The notes: generated by a model not told the origin, from the sequence alone. 63,632 nucleotides of DNA, filler included, from Nemertoderma westbladi (GCA_032718475.1; 3 parts of 3 records of this genome joined end to end with filler, not necessarily neighbours in it); one strand, 5' to 3'; positions 38,901-51,376 are shown, counted from the first letter of the whole stretch. A program made the numbers and translations.

Positions 38901-40585
38901 TGTGTTATACTGACGACGGCGAAAGCCAAGCTTCTCAAGAAGAGGACAGCGGGAAAGACACAGCAAAATATTACTATGACAACAAGACCTATAAAGACGT
39001 AAGTAAATATAAGTCTCGAACCAACGATAGGAGAGAACAGGTAACAACAACTCCTCCTACGTCTCCTAAGAGAATTCACGGAAGAAAGCCCGAAGAAAGA
39101 ACGAGAGTGCATAACGTTACCCAAGGTAAAGTGAGTAACATCAAACCAAAATGTGCGCTGTGCGACGGGCCCCACCGTTTGAGTGCGTGTGCTGAATTTC
39201 TAAAGAAATCCCTTGTAGACAGACGTACAGTCCTGTGGAATAAGCGGTTATGCTATAATTGCCTCAGATCAGGACACCAACGGCGAACCTGTTACTCCGA
39301 CGTAAAGTGTGCAAAGTTTGGCGCGAAACATCACATCTTGTTACACAGTGAGTTCGAACGAGACAACCCGAGTCAGGTAAGTGAGCCCGAACTACATGTC
39401 CAATTCAGTGATGTAAATGACACTGATCAAGAGTCTGAGATGGAAGGATTCTATACTGACGAATTCTCCGACGCCAACGAATCCTGTTACCTAATAAATA
39501 CCTCAGTGTATCGAGCACTTACTTATGAAAAGGACACCGACAATGAGTTCCCCCCAACTACTTTTGCCAGACAACCATCTTGGAAAGCTCCAACTTCCAA
39601 CGTAGGAATCAGAGAATTTCCTGTAGTGCAGGTAAGAGTTCACGGTCCTAACAAAAGTTACATAGTGAACGCCCTCCTTGACTCCGGCAGCACAGGAACA
39701 TTCATCGATCAAGAACTAGCCGAAGATATCTTTGCTGGACAACCCAAATTCCGGACTAAATTGAATATGTCAGGAATTATGCAGGTTTGGAAATCTACCC
39801 TAACGGCAGATTACTATGTAGGTGTGTTGTCCACCCCCCAGGATAAATTAGGAGCACAAGGTATAAGGTCGGTAAAAATGGTGGCTATAAAGAACTTCGC
39901 TACTACCCAAGCAGACCTTTATAATTGGGACGAGGATGAGAGCATCCAACATCTTAAGATACCTCGATTCCAGACAGATTATCCTGGAGTGCAAATACTC
40001 ATCGGCCAAAACGCGCATGAGGCGCTCGAGACATTGGAGAAACGGCCTGCTCAACCGCAGCCACTACAAACCTATGCGGTAAGAACTAGAGTAGGTTGGT
40101 ACTTCACTGGCCCTTCCCGTAGAACTCTCAAAGAGAGATTACCTCAACAACAGGTATACCAAGTAAAGGAATGGGAAGTGGAGAGCAGTGATGTGGACGA
40201 TCCAACTGAGGGAACACCATACTCCTCAGATAATGACGATATTAACTCCAATGTAGATCAATGGAGACATTGCCTTGGGACGATTAGTTCAGCCGACAGC
40301 GCTTCCAGAGGAGCAACTCCTCAAGAACTGATAGATACTCCAGGCTGGTTAGGTGGATCCGACTCCTTAAGTAAAGAAGAAGAAGAATGGCCTCCTCATC
40401 TTACCACGGCGGAGCGTAGACAGGCCAAGGGAGCGGAGAAAGTAACACAACAACTCAATCGCCCAGCTAGTCGTTTATGTTTACTGGAAAGAGACCGAAA
40501 ACTGTCCGGAAACTATGGAAGGCAAGATACTCTTCCTACGACCACTTCCCTAATCCGACAAATATCTAGGGACTCCATAACGTAA
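35927..40585 (+). CDS. BEL/Pao Gag-protease polyprotein with RT/RNaseH/integrase deleted
   Basis: DUF1759-like KFNGDEMKWLPF..EKLRFLIKCLEG; triple knuckle CALCDGPH/CYNCLRSGH/CAKF..HHILLH; protease LLDSGS, ILIGQN, RTRVGW; then only QWRH..ADSASRG..WP and RPASRLCLLE remnants. Confidence 0.92.
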   Translation: MSDTQQNLSDSLIDTTICDTDRSVERLRKEFSSPPTERKVIPPVVVSDPKLIQHRRSIIGTRAQVKRNQEAAVPQQQQPSQETCSQRSDSSSSSDTVELTPERGLQMAATAYSDPLLTLPAAVLTTILIAVEEHQAHWARSKRATQDNYAGYAREELMSIVESQWIFPGPGLPLDLSEATWEDIHRMGVTKDTMDPAVWKRSAAGYVQGFFGSLERLEEQLFRQPQGPQEQEELLYQVRERTLRIRLILSAFEETSKRRQDTSLQVAVKTWFQRVGLKVQETDQWKSQLSERLTYEEPTDATLSQVEGEETAERPRMRDAIDIYLSDYQRFLGDEELRRRLSGLSPNSEGTQRVLDSIDAEMLAANQAEFDEKLRLTRVQEELVKKKRIEDRKAAAVTAAMAEVEAERKAAAAEVEAERKAAAAEAEAERKAAAAEAEAERKATVAAAKAVAEAEQRASEETTQLELENLQETQDCINKQLTASQMQMRSRSTPKRQGYTSSEESETTDPEGGGNRSRLSRRRKTSHRHKLPDLPPAVRRQLASTDLSSIEPTDQIIKVKKLPTIVDEPEIIRPVVPKVTPVLETPVLPELNSKFPLHSTTLPVPGRTVHENIPVLEAEREIKDLSPVVPRQPATMLATPASAVEWVEEGGRGMNLLLGQMQETVHQLKGTVREGRAELQEVQQSIALERDKLVNIQNGISIPPVKLCQPVRSEVLHAQGVEPTRIYTASEVETPIANPIKGDYRPVINDIPYRPDNDPRNLYTDNSILNNTMAQESFTRQMARTEARQAVKVGEIVKFNGDEMKWLPFNEYYKDSIQNSVLSNGEKLRFLIKCLEGPPRLMALKFIGHPEGLRQVWDTLNIRYGNKDNIAKYLYAKLVAPRDFLSSGIIEFSDEIQEICRQLDWLGKSHEYQSSMVIGAVVSTLPKGGVCTRWDKKVLYMNEQQRRSPTMADLMSFLDGEVKLQLIKQSREKTSENKVSEKPASRRRVTPVCYTDDGESQASQEEDSGKDTAKYYYDNKTYKDVSKYKSRTNDRREQVTTTPPTSPKRIHGRKPEERTRVHNVTQGKVSNIKPKCALCDGPHRLSACAEFLKKSLVDRRTVLWNKRLCYNCLRSGHQRRTCYSDVKCAKFGAKHHILLHSEFERDNPSQVSEPELHVQFSDVNDTDQESEMEGFYTDEFSDANESCYLINTSVYRALTYEKDTDNEFPPTTFARQPSWKAPTSNVGIREFPVVQVRVHGPNKSYIVNALLDSGSTGTFIDQELAEDIFAGQPKFRTKLNMSGIMQVWKSTLTADYYVGVLSTPQDKLGAQGIRSVKMVAIKNFATTQADLYNWDEDESIQHLKIPRFQTDYPGVQILIGQNAHEALETLEKRPAQPQPLQTYAVRTRVGWYFTGPSRRTLKERLPQQQVYQVKEWEVESSDVDDPTEGTPYSSDNDDINSNVDQWRHCLGTISSADSASRGATPQELIDTPGWLGGSDSLSKEEEEWPPHLTTAERRQAKGAEKVTQQLNRPASRLCLLERDRKLSGNYGRQDTLPTTTSLIRQISRDSIT

Positions 40586-42212
40586 TAACATATGGAGTGG
40601 GCATGTGACTATATCATTTTATATTTGTTTTTATTTTATATTTATGTATGTATTATTATGTAATTTTATTATAATCGTTTCCTTTAATTTTATTTAGTAG
40701 AATGTTATTTTAGTGATTATTTAGTAGATTAGTGCAATATATTAGTGTTTATTACGTACGTAATTACTTATAATATATTTAGTGTGACGGCGAGAAATAA
40801 TTATTTTTTCTCTTTCCTTACTGTCCGTATCATATTATAAATACGTGACTACAGTAAGATGAAATGTCCGTACTTATTAAAGTACAATAAAGCTCCTACT
40901 ATACTTAAGTATTATTGGTAGGCAGAGTATTAGGAATGCAAAGTTCAGATCCTCGTGTCTCGGCTAAACCAAGCTCTGGGTAGACCTTGGAAACGACTTG
41001 CCTCTTCACACTGACATTGCTTCGTGCGATATTGCTCTTCTACCTTATATTAAATAATACATATAGTAGCGTGATGTCCCTATAACAGTAGCGTAAAACG
41101 CAAATAAATCTGTTAAACCTTTTGACCATCTGTAATTCTAGTCGATCAAGATATCGCGGCACCCACCGATATACTTGAAAGACAAATTCTAGAATCAGTG
41201 GTTAACGTCCCCAGAAAAGTTCTGGAATAAATCGGTGCCCATCTTAAATATTAATTTAATATTTAGTAAAATCTGTAAAATTCAGATCCTTTAAATTTCT
41301 AGTCAATTAAGATATCACAGCACTTACCGATACTCTTAAAGGACAATTGTCATAGAATTAAGGATCCTATGCCCCCAGACCTGCTCTGGAATCAAATTGT
41401 GTCAATTTTAACATCAAATAATAAAATTCACGGGAATAAATTTAAATTCATATTTAAATGAATTTCATAAATTGTCATTTTGTGTAATTTATAACATTCC
41501 CAAAATTCCATTAATTAATAGATCACGGGAGCGGAGATTCATCCTATTGAGTGTATTAGAGTGCGAGAATCTCCAACATATAGTCAATAGCCGATAAAAT
41601 TAATAAAATCATGTATAAAGAGGATATTGACAATTAAAGAATTACTATTAAATAGCATTCCAGATCTGTATGCATGAGAATTACCCTAATTCTACCGCTA
41701 GCTTTCCATAATGTCACCATAGCAACACCCACGCTAGAATTAGAAGCAAGTTAAAAGAACAATAGAAAGCTTGTCACATTGCATAGCATAGAGAATACAT
41801 AGCACACTGTTAGTATCCAAAGATACACAGTAATAACGTGACATTCTGGAAGGCACTGACTAACGGACAAATGGCCTGTATGTGTACAATTGGTGACAGT
41901 TGTGTGGAATTTGTGCGTTTATAGGTGAATGTTACTGCTAAAGTATGTTTACAGTAGCTAGTCGCAATTGTGAAAGTAGCCCAACTCTCCTATAGAAAGA
42001 ACCTAAAGTGGATTCAAGCCTTTGGGACGGACAGTGGAGTGACTTGTGCCGGTTATCGTTGTCGTGCTGTTGCTACATGTTGGCGTAAACACCGCGACGA
42101 CGGTACATCGGCGCTGAGAATCCCACTGTCCGGGGGCGAAGAGAGGTAGGCAGCGACGCCCGCTCGCCTAAACATAAACTCATTACAATATTAATAAACT
42201 CAGATAGCAGAT

Positions 42213-43660
42213 ATGACGGAGTTGATAGAAGATGATCTTGGTATCAGGGAGCGATATACTCTACCTTTACAAGCATTTGTGGATAGCTTGATACGCGGTG
42301 AAACCGATCCAACCATTACGGAGGACGATGGTCGTTATATCGAACCGCCGATGTCCCAAGAGCAACTTACGCGTGAATTCGACTATCGAAATTCACCGCT
42401 CGCTATACGCATCGTAATAGTGCGTATATGGACTTCCTAACTACCGGCCATCCTATCGATTTACATGATACGGACGATGTAGACACCGAAAGGGAAATGG
42501 TTCTATTTAAATATCATACCCAGCGGAGTCGTAACAATAAACCGAGAATAGATCACGAAAATTCTATTCGTAACAGACTGGGAAGACGAACCAATATGCC
42601 TAGAATCTGAGGAGATTCAGCCTATCGCGCCCGGAACAGCGACAACGATTACATCCTAGAATGGTATCAAGGTCCACAGTGTCTCACTGCGTACAATTAT
42701 CGCCATGCCAACTATGTTTCTCGGCAACGTTGTCGGTTATGCGCATCGAGAGACCATGTTACGCCCATGGACACAAACGTCCGCTGTTCCTATTTCCACG
42801 AACAACCGGCGATGGAAATTTATTGCGCGTATTGCAGACTCAATAACTTGCACATTTTTGCGGTTTGCCCTCAATTTATGACTCAATGTCACCATTGTCA
42901 ACTAAAGGGACACGCCAGTTTCGATTGCCCTTTTAATCGCGATTTGGAAAGCGTAGATGAAATGATCACACTACGTTGCATCAGAGCTTGGGAAGTGAAC
43001 GCTGATTTACATTGTGATTCGCGCCATCGCTATTATCCTGGACGCGCTTACGAAGGAATTTATGCGTTCCATCCTTATCTATTCGCTTCTGTCGAACAGA
43101 AATCACGCATATCGAGTTACGAACTACTGAAGCGCGTCGGAGAATGTATTTCAACCAAATTCGTACGCAAATTTCTCAGGAGTGTTAATCCTAGCGACCT
43201 TCATTCCTATAACTTAATCAATTATATCCGTCAGGATCCGGACTATGGAGACTTATTTGTTAACTCACACCCCGAGTTACAGGAAGTATATCGACGGCCT
43301 TACGAATACCGAGCCCGCGAACGCGAGTTGGAAAGAACCATTAAACCCCGGAGGTTTCTAACTGCCTATGGTCCACCCACGGCTCTCGTTCAGACCACTC
43401 GTAAAGGACCCGTAAGAGCGGCTGTCTTAAAACGAGCTCTCAAAGCCGTTAGACCCCTCTCCCCCGACGTTGATGTCAATCAACCCGGTACTTCGACTGG
43501 CGGATACACCGACCATAATCCTACACCCTCTGATGCAATCATATTGCACCCTTCACCCAGGAGTTATAGCCCTCCTTGTAAAGTGGCTCGCCCCAAAGAG
43601 AAAAGGACTCTGGCTAGCTTTAAAAAACTGCGTAAATGCCGTCCGCGCAAGAAAGACTAA
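42213..43660 (+). CDS. Accessory zinc-knuckle ORF of the BEL element (one frameshift, one in-frame TGA)
   Basis: 42428-43660 is one frame broken by TGA 42608-10; CRLCASRDH, CAYCRLNNLHIFAVC, CHHCQLKGHASFDC; basic C-terminus; ends 78 bp before the 3' LTR. Confidence 0.65.
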
Positions 43661-44976
43661 CTGTTTAGAGTATTTACGTATATTAGAAACTGTGATTTTG
43701 TATATTTTATAGACTCAAATCCCATTTTCTGGGAGCGGTGTAAAAGCTTCTGTGGGATATAACTGGCCCTTTTGCTTCGCAATCCAGTTTCCCCCCAGGC
43801 GCTGGAATACTCTAAAAGGCTCTCTAACTATATATATATTCCCCTCGCCCGCAAGGTACCGTTATAGGTGTTTTAACGGACATAAAAGTCATTCTTCTAT
43901 ATACGTGCTTTGGTGGACATGGTAAGGCAAAAAACCCGCAATGCACCAAATACCTTTACACAGCTTAGCCTTGATGATTCAGATTACGACATCTAACAGC
44001 TGGTTGCTGACATGGAAACGGCCATTGGACACATGGTTCTTTGTTTAGCTTAAGCCAATCAGAGCGATTTTTTCTGTCGATGTGGAGATATTCGGCCGAT
44101 CATACTAGGAGTGTTCAGTCTTACTGTTTTTGTGATACTGTTGTGTTCCTTCTATCTAGGCCAGGAACACCGGCTCTAGAGTCAATTCGTTTCAGACTTT
44201 AGAAGAAACATTAGTAGGCTTAAGATTATAGAGCGTATAACTGTTATCGGTCCAGTCAAACAGTGTTACCATCTTAACCTACCGTCTTAATGCTATTTAC
44301 TGTTGTGTTTTGGTTGAATATTATTATTTGGAGAACATCTATAAAGAACCCAAATTTCCCAATTTTCTTGATACACTACAGGTTAGAGAGACAGGCTACA
44401 TATAGCGATTGCGACTTATATTATCGTGGTTTGTAGTGAGTTTAAGGCTATTTGATAAGCACTACATGAGTCCGTTGCTGTTCTCTTTATATATGATAAA
44501 ATTCATTGACGGTCGGCAAATTAGTGAGCAGTATTGTGTGTTACCGGTAGTGTGCCTGATTGTGACTGATAACTAAGCATTTCCTAAAGAATGCGCCTCA
44601 TACGTGAATCATAAGCCTTACCGACTTACCGTTGTGATTAGTATAAGTCATATCTCTGTTTACCTAGATAGAGCGCCACGTCCTAAAGGAACTGTTAATA
44701 TTTCCCGAAAGTGAATAATATTAGTCAGAAATTATTTATTAACGATCAATCGAATAATACAGTAAGCTTACACTGCAATAATAATCTAAGCCCTCAGAAT
44801 CCAGTCTCCCGGGTATATCCAGCGGGTGAATGGACGCGCACTAGGCTGGCTTCGGCTAATGTTGTGTTTATTGGTATTAAATATTTGTCAACTTCTAAAG
44901 TCTATTTGTAAACCAAAAGACATATAAATTTTGGCAGGTTAAACTGCTAAAGGTCTTCAAAAGCGCGTACAGATGC

Positions 44977-46750
44977 CATAAAGTCTCTACACAGACAGAA
45001 GGCTCCGGATCTAAAGAACATGAAGGCGGAACACTTGTATTATGGACTGTGCGAACCTTTACTTCAGGCTATAGCCTTCATCTTCAACACCATGAGAGTT
45101 ACTGGAATCTGCCCAGACGACCTAGGGCTGGCGTTACTTATTCCAATACACAAAGGGAAAACGCTGGACAAATCAGTCGCTAAAAACTACAGGGGTGTAA
45201 CTATAATTTCCATTATAGCAAAACTGTGGGAACTGGTGGGAGAAAGAACTCTTGAACTAAAAGAACTCTTGCCTAAATTAAAGACAGATGACCTCCAAAT
45301 GGGGTTCAAAGAAAAATTAAGCACAGAAATAACTTACTTAGCAGTCATAAACATAATGCAATATTTCAACAAAAACCATTCGACAATGCATATCCTATCA
45401 CTAGACCTGAGTAATGCATTTGATACTGTGGATCACAATAAGTTATCAAAAATATTAAAGGATGCGAATGTGGAACCAAACCTAATTAATCTACTTATGT
45501 CTTATTATGGCAGCTGCAAAGCTTTCCTCCGTATTGGGGGGATTCATTACAACGGTGCTATCGATATACAGCAAGGCGTCCGCCAAGGAGGTATTATATC
45601 ACCTTTTCTATTCAATGTATATCTCACTCAACTATTTTCAGACATAATTGGCTCAAAATGTGGTGCTCATATTGGCAAACACTCCTTTAGCATAATCAGC
45701 TATGGGGACGATATAATTTTAATGGCAAACCTTAAATCGGACCTCGTGAAGATGGCGGCAATGTGCTATAATTTTTTCAAGGATCATAACCTAGTCCTCA
45801 ATATAAAGAAAACGCATTACTTGGTAATTAATGAAAATGGCACCTCCGAGGAGGACAATAGTATATATATTGCCGAACAAGATATGACCTTCATTTCTAA
45901 TACAAAGTGTACCTACCTTGTACTTCCTCTACCACCAACGAACGCTAACTTGACGGTACACTTCCAGAAGAAAACTATAATAAATTCCATAAGAATGGAA
46001 GCTGCATTGATAATGTACCGCTCCACGTCGTATCAAAAGTTTGGAATAGTATCTGTACTCCTTCCATACTATAAGGGTGTGAGTCACTGACGCGACTGTC
46101 ATCACAGTTTGTCTCTCTGCAAATCCGGAAGGCTATACTCAGAATCATCCGGGTTTCGAACTATGTACCTGATCCTGTCTTAGTGAAACTGGTTAATTCT
46201 CTTGATCCCGATACAATGATACATTTACAAATGGCTACAACTTTATATACTGCAACAATAAGAAATTACTATACTTATTTAACTTTCTATTGGGCAATCA
46301 CGTATCTGGGCAATGTAACATTACTATTTTCGAACAATATTCCGTAGCGGCCTGGCTGCACAACCTGCCAAACTTAGTCAACCTATCCGTATCTAGGTAC
46401 AAAATGAAAATTTTTAAAAAGAAGGTACATGAAGTGTCGACTAATGAAATGTCAGTAAAAAAACTCGTATAGATTATTTTTCTCACAAAGCGTACTAAAC
46501 GCAATGGTAGGTACCCACCAGGCACGCCACGCGGTGTTGCTGAATTTCTTTGGAATTGATGCCGCTGCCTAGTGGCTGTTCAGTGTTCATACTGGTTCAT
46601 TGACCTATATCGCTGATGTGCTGATTTTTCTTCATCTTTTGGCTGAATCTGAGTTTATTGTGCACTGTAGCCATAGTTAATCATGTTCTATATAACTATT
46701 TTTATAGATAAACCTATTTTAGTATTAACTATTTACTTACTTTAATAAAA
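44977..46750 (+). mobile_element. RTE-X-like LINE, 3' part (reverse transcriptase)
   Basis: AEHLYYG, NYRGVTI, QMGF, LDLSNAFDTVDH, GVRQGGIISPFLF, YGDDIIL; rejoins the 5' part in frame (IEDA|IKSL). 3' end approximate. Confidence 0.9.
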
Positions 46751-47705
46751 ATAACGAGGCGCCTGTCTCTTTGGTGCTAGATCGCTTATTTTAATTATGC
46801 CTTTTCTTGGCAATTTTAATGATATTGAACGATGATGCGGTATCATAGGTTGCAAGCTGAGCCTGCTCTGACTAAAATACTATTGTTTATGAATTTTACG
46901 TGGACCATACCATGGACCAATTGCAGGAGACATCTACCTTCTCACCTGTGACACCTTCACATGTGCAATGTGGACAGGACAGTGCTGAAAGGCTATGCAA
47001 CCAATACAGAACCAAACTGTTTGTATGTTTGTATGATGGATTGACTAAATTTCTAGCATCAATAAGCTAAACTTGGAACCACCAATATATACTATCAGCT
47101 GGCTATGATGCCGCTGCTGCTCAAATTTTGGCGCCCAAAAAAATATACAAAAAAAACATTAAAAAAAATTATTATACTTTGAAAAAATTTCCCGATTTTT
47201 TCCCGAATTCCCAAAGTTCCAGAATTTTACAAAAATATCAGAGTGTTTTATAATGGAGACCGCCGGGTAGTAACTAAATTTTGAAAAAAAAATAGAAGTT
47301 TTTTCCCAGAGAGGTCTGTTTTCGAGCAAAAGTCGGTACCCACTGGTACGGATTTGCCACATTACCTTTCGCTAGGGAGGGGGCAAGCCCCCCCCCCCCA
47401 AGATACCTGGGAAGGGGCAAATGCCCCCTTGCCCCCCCCCCCCCCCCCCTAGAACCGCCACTGTAGGCCTACTGCATTACCTACCGGTAGGCGGGGTATA
47501 GCTATTAATAACCAGTAGGGCCTAGCTATATTATTATAACATGGCTCCAAACGCCACCATAAATATAAGCTAACTTATTTATAACATATTTTATTTCATT
47601 TTTACATTTATTTATACAGCAACTAATTTAATTTGTGCAGTTTCTATCACTTATAATATTTATGCAATCATTTCGTAATGTTAAAATTTTGGAATAAAAC
47701 TACAT

Positions 47706-47845
47706 ACATACTTGTTGCAAAGTACTTTACAGTGTTCTGATCCTCGTGGCTTTATTTTCACTCACTCACTAACGTTCGTTCGTGTACCAAAGCCACTCGG
47801 ATCATCACACTGTAAAGTGCTACTTTACACACAAGTATGTAAATA
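47706..47845. mobile_element. Small palindromic MITE
   Basis: TACATACTTG..CTTTACAGTG inverted to CACTGTAAAG..CAAGTATGTA; related palindrome at about 61233-61382. Confidence 0.6.
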
Positions 47846-50120
47846 GTTATTACTGTACATGTGCATGTGTACATTCCTCAGCATGTGAAAGTTAAATTAT
47901 TTGCAGTTTAGAAAGGTGTTGTATTTATGGGTTAAAGTAACGCATTTAGGCTTGCTTATTTTAATAAATTTACACTTTACGCACAAATTTCGTCATATCT
48001 GGAATTCTGAGTCATTATATCGATATCATAAATTTTTATGGTTTTTCCGGTACTTTATTGCCAATTGCCATAAATAATGAACTAAGGGAGTTGACTGAGG
48101 AATAGCAGCTACACCTCAGTGATTATTAGGAAGGAGTTTTGTCAGATCCAGCAATGCAAAGCATCTTCATATAGTGTAAGCGTAGGCCTACCATATAGTC
48201 CAGTTTGTACTGTATGTGTATGGGTTGGGTTATACAATAAGTATAATGGAGTGTAGTAGTTCAGGTACCCTCCTTAACGCCCCCTCCTACTAATTTATTT
48301 TCAACACTATAATGTTTTTCAATATTTGTTGCAAATCGGGGTGCGGGTGGCTGTCGGCTGCCTTACCAGTTGAAACACGCAGCAACTTTCGATATATAGC
48401 CTGTCTACAGTATAAGTTGGTATTTGTACGTTATTTTGCGTGCGCCAATTCTCGGAATGCTTACTACAGTATCACACTTCAAAATTTTGGGATCGGTAGT
48501 TCAACGCCCCACCTGTTAGACACCCTTCTTTACTAAGCTCGTTTGAACAAACCTATTAAAATATAGCACCTCGCACCCCCTCTTCTTTTCTGAGGTTACT
48601 GTATATCAACTTTTCATATATCAAAGTTTTATGGACTTGACAGAGGAAGCTATAAACAGTAACATAAACACACAATAAGCAACATAAACTTTTGCGACCA
48701 AATAACTGTTTTCCCCGTTACAATTAACTGTAGATACTAACCCGTGACGGGTGATCGGATTGTTGTGTTTGTTGGGGTCTACCACCTCCAGCTCTCGGAC
48801 CACCTCTACCAGTCGGCCCACCTCTCCTTCCCCCTATATCTGCCCCACCTCCACGCTTCATTGCCACCAAATGCTTCTTGGATTAATTCAACAGTTTCTT
48901 AATCACAAATCTATTCACCAAACTTGTTGGGTTACTGCAACACCGCAAATACCTCTAAATTTAGTAACGAGAATAAAACATTTAGTAACGAGAATAAAAA
49001 AATGTGGTAACGAGAATCAAAAAGAATACTGAATTATTTTAAGGAACGGTAAATAAAACTCCCAAAAGTTATAAAGTAAATTAATTCCTTGTTTCGCGTT
49101 CATGCGTCACCGTCACGTCTCTCCTAACTTGATTAACACCCGCTCTTGGGTTTCCATTAAAATGATTATAATAATTAATATAAATATTAAATAAAAATTT
49201 ATTACCAAACAAACAGAGTTGGGTAATTTATAATAATTAATGACCTTCCATAATATAGTGTCATGAAAAAATAATATTAGTTTATTATAAATTATCGACC
49301 GCGATGGCTGCATGCGGTAATGGAACCTCGACACGCACACACGTACAGTAGTACCAAGAATAACTGTAAAATCTACCGTAACAATTGTCGCAATAAGTGA
49401 GGCGATATAATTTCTACATGTTTTGGAGCAGCATTTAATTAGCTCCGATTTCAGTGAAACATTAACCAATGGATCGTGGGATGAAGAATGCAACAGAACA
49501 GAGGAAGATCTCCAACCAATCCATATGTGTTAGTTAACCAGAGTCACCTTGCTAGGGGTTCCTTATAAATATATGGGATTTAGGTTGCAGTTCGCCTACT
49601 CCAGTGCTACCCCAAAATCTCCTATTGATCCTCACAACCTGGATATGGGGAACCGTTCGGGTTTGTTATGAAGGTTGCCATGGCTACTCGCAATTAAGAG
49701 CAACCTTGACAGCATAACCCACTCGGCCCCCGGGTAAGTCCAAGGTACAAGAAAGTTTATCTGAATCGGAATTAAAAAGCTTTCTGAAGGCTGCCTACCC
49801 CTACATGCAATTACTGCAAATCATACTGTAGTTTTTTTTAACAATGGAGAACATACATAATAATCACACATTCTTGATGGATAATTGAATTGCTATGCTC
49901 CTCTTATTCCACCATTATTGATGTGACTGCAGATTGTATTATACAGAGCGTACACGTTCGGGGGCTTTCACGCAACACGAGGCTCAGTTATGCGACACAA
50001 ATTCAAATTGAGCAATTCTATTACAAAATCGGCATTTATAAGAAATTTAACAAAACCACCAATCAATCAAATAAAGTTCTTCCCCTTAAACCCCCCTTTT
50101 AAACCCTTCCAATGGTTCCC

Positions 50121-50284
50121 ATTTATCGACCAGTTATTTGTGAAAAACTGTGTAGAGCTAGTCTGTAGCATTTAAAACCCCGTGCCCAAACAGTACTGCG
50201 TCGTCCAGGGATCGAACCTGGGTCCTCCTGAATGAAAGCCCAGAGTGTTACCACTTGACCTGAGAGGCTGCTTAGTCTATGAAT
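50121..50284 (-). mobile_element. tRNA-derived SINE (Glu-like head)
   Basis: Minus strand GGTCAAGTGGT (A box), CTTTCAT loop, GGTTCGATCCC (B box), unpaired acceptor stem; second copy at 54331-54520. Confidence 0.75.
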
Positions 50285-50644
50285 TGAACATGAATATTTC
50301 TAATTATAGGCCTCCTCTAAAAGAATCTATTTGAGTATAAATATAACAAAAAAATTTTAACTAAAATGCATGACTTAGAGGAAGTATGGGAAGTTGGGGG
50401 AAAGTATCCTGTATATAATGAAAGGGGCGATAAAGACCCGGGGGCGATAAGTTCCTAAAAACTGAGAACAGGGCGGCGAGGAGTTCCCAACAAAATGCAA
50501 TTTATAGGGGCGATAAAGTTCCAGGGGGGATAAGGTCCTGCTTCGCAGTATTGTCACGGACGGATTATGGATTTTCGGGCCCACTCAGTCCCAATTTAAG
50601 GGCCTTATCCTTATAAATGAAAACCATGGTAACTTGGAAAACGG

Positions 50645-50890
50645 AGCGGAAGGGTTTATTATGGAAGATCACCCATGATGGTGGTGAATATAGGCATTCC
50701 TTTAGGATACAGAGTGGAGGGGTTTACTGTGGAAGATCACCCATGGTGGTGAACAGCAGGCATTCCTTTGGGTAACAGAGTTGAGGGGTTTACTGTGGAA
50801 GATCACTGGCGGTGAATAGGCATTCCTTTAGGATACAGAGTGGAGGGGTTTACTGTGGAAGATCACACTTGACGGCGTACAGGCATTCAC
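50645..50890. repeat. About 60-bp tandem repeat, 4 copies
   Basis: GGGTTTACTGTGGAAGATCAC..AGGCATTCCTTTAGGATACAGAGT repeated; its start is inverted-homologous to 54275-54335. Confidence 0.8.
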
Positions 50891-51310
50891 TAGCTTACTG
50901 AGCCTAAATGTTACTATTTTAATCAAAACGATTTATTTTAACGTATTTTTTGCACTACACCTTTGTACATATTATTCAAATTTTACCTATGCCAGTATAT
51001 ATATGTAGTTTAATTATTAATGACTTTAAAAAAATACTCTATTTTTCCCACTAAAACTGTGTACATAGTACAGTATGTGGCGTTAAAATATTAAATAGTA
51101 ATTTATACAGTTCTTATTTCAAATAACATATTGTTTACATTTGTACTTAAGGCAATTCAATGTATGTCATGTGTCTCGTAATTTAACTGCAAAACTCTTA
51201 GGACACTAATAAACAATATTTGAAGTAGTTCCTCGCCCTGAGCACCGTCGTATGCATAATAAAGGAAGGATGAAATGATCTTTAGGTGCCGCTGTAATTA
51301 TATTATAAAT

Positions 51311-51376
51311 GCCAAATATTTCAACCCAAAATTGTAAATGTGGACAATTACAATTAAACAGGCCTTCTTCAGTGGC
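51311..51376 (-). ncRNA. Minimal hammerhead ribozyme motif in pLTR
   Basis: GCCA-CUGAAGA-A-GGCC...GGUU-GAAA-UAUU-UGGC on the element's sense strand. Confidence 0.7.

Larger units (their letters stand above)
32733..44971 (+). mobile_element. Non-autonomous BEL/Pao LTR retrotransposon
   Basis: TG..CA LTRs 32733-33960 and 43739-44971, differing by a 7-bp indel, a 2-bp indel and at least one substitution; GATGC target duplication; GGGAGCGG purine tract before the 3' LTR. Confidence 0.95.

Noticed and set aside
50199-50270. Functional tRNA-Glu gene
   Set aside because: Acceptor stem does not pair and the flanks are repeated at 54331, so it is a SINE head.
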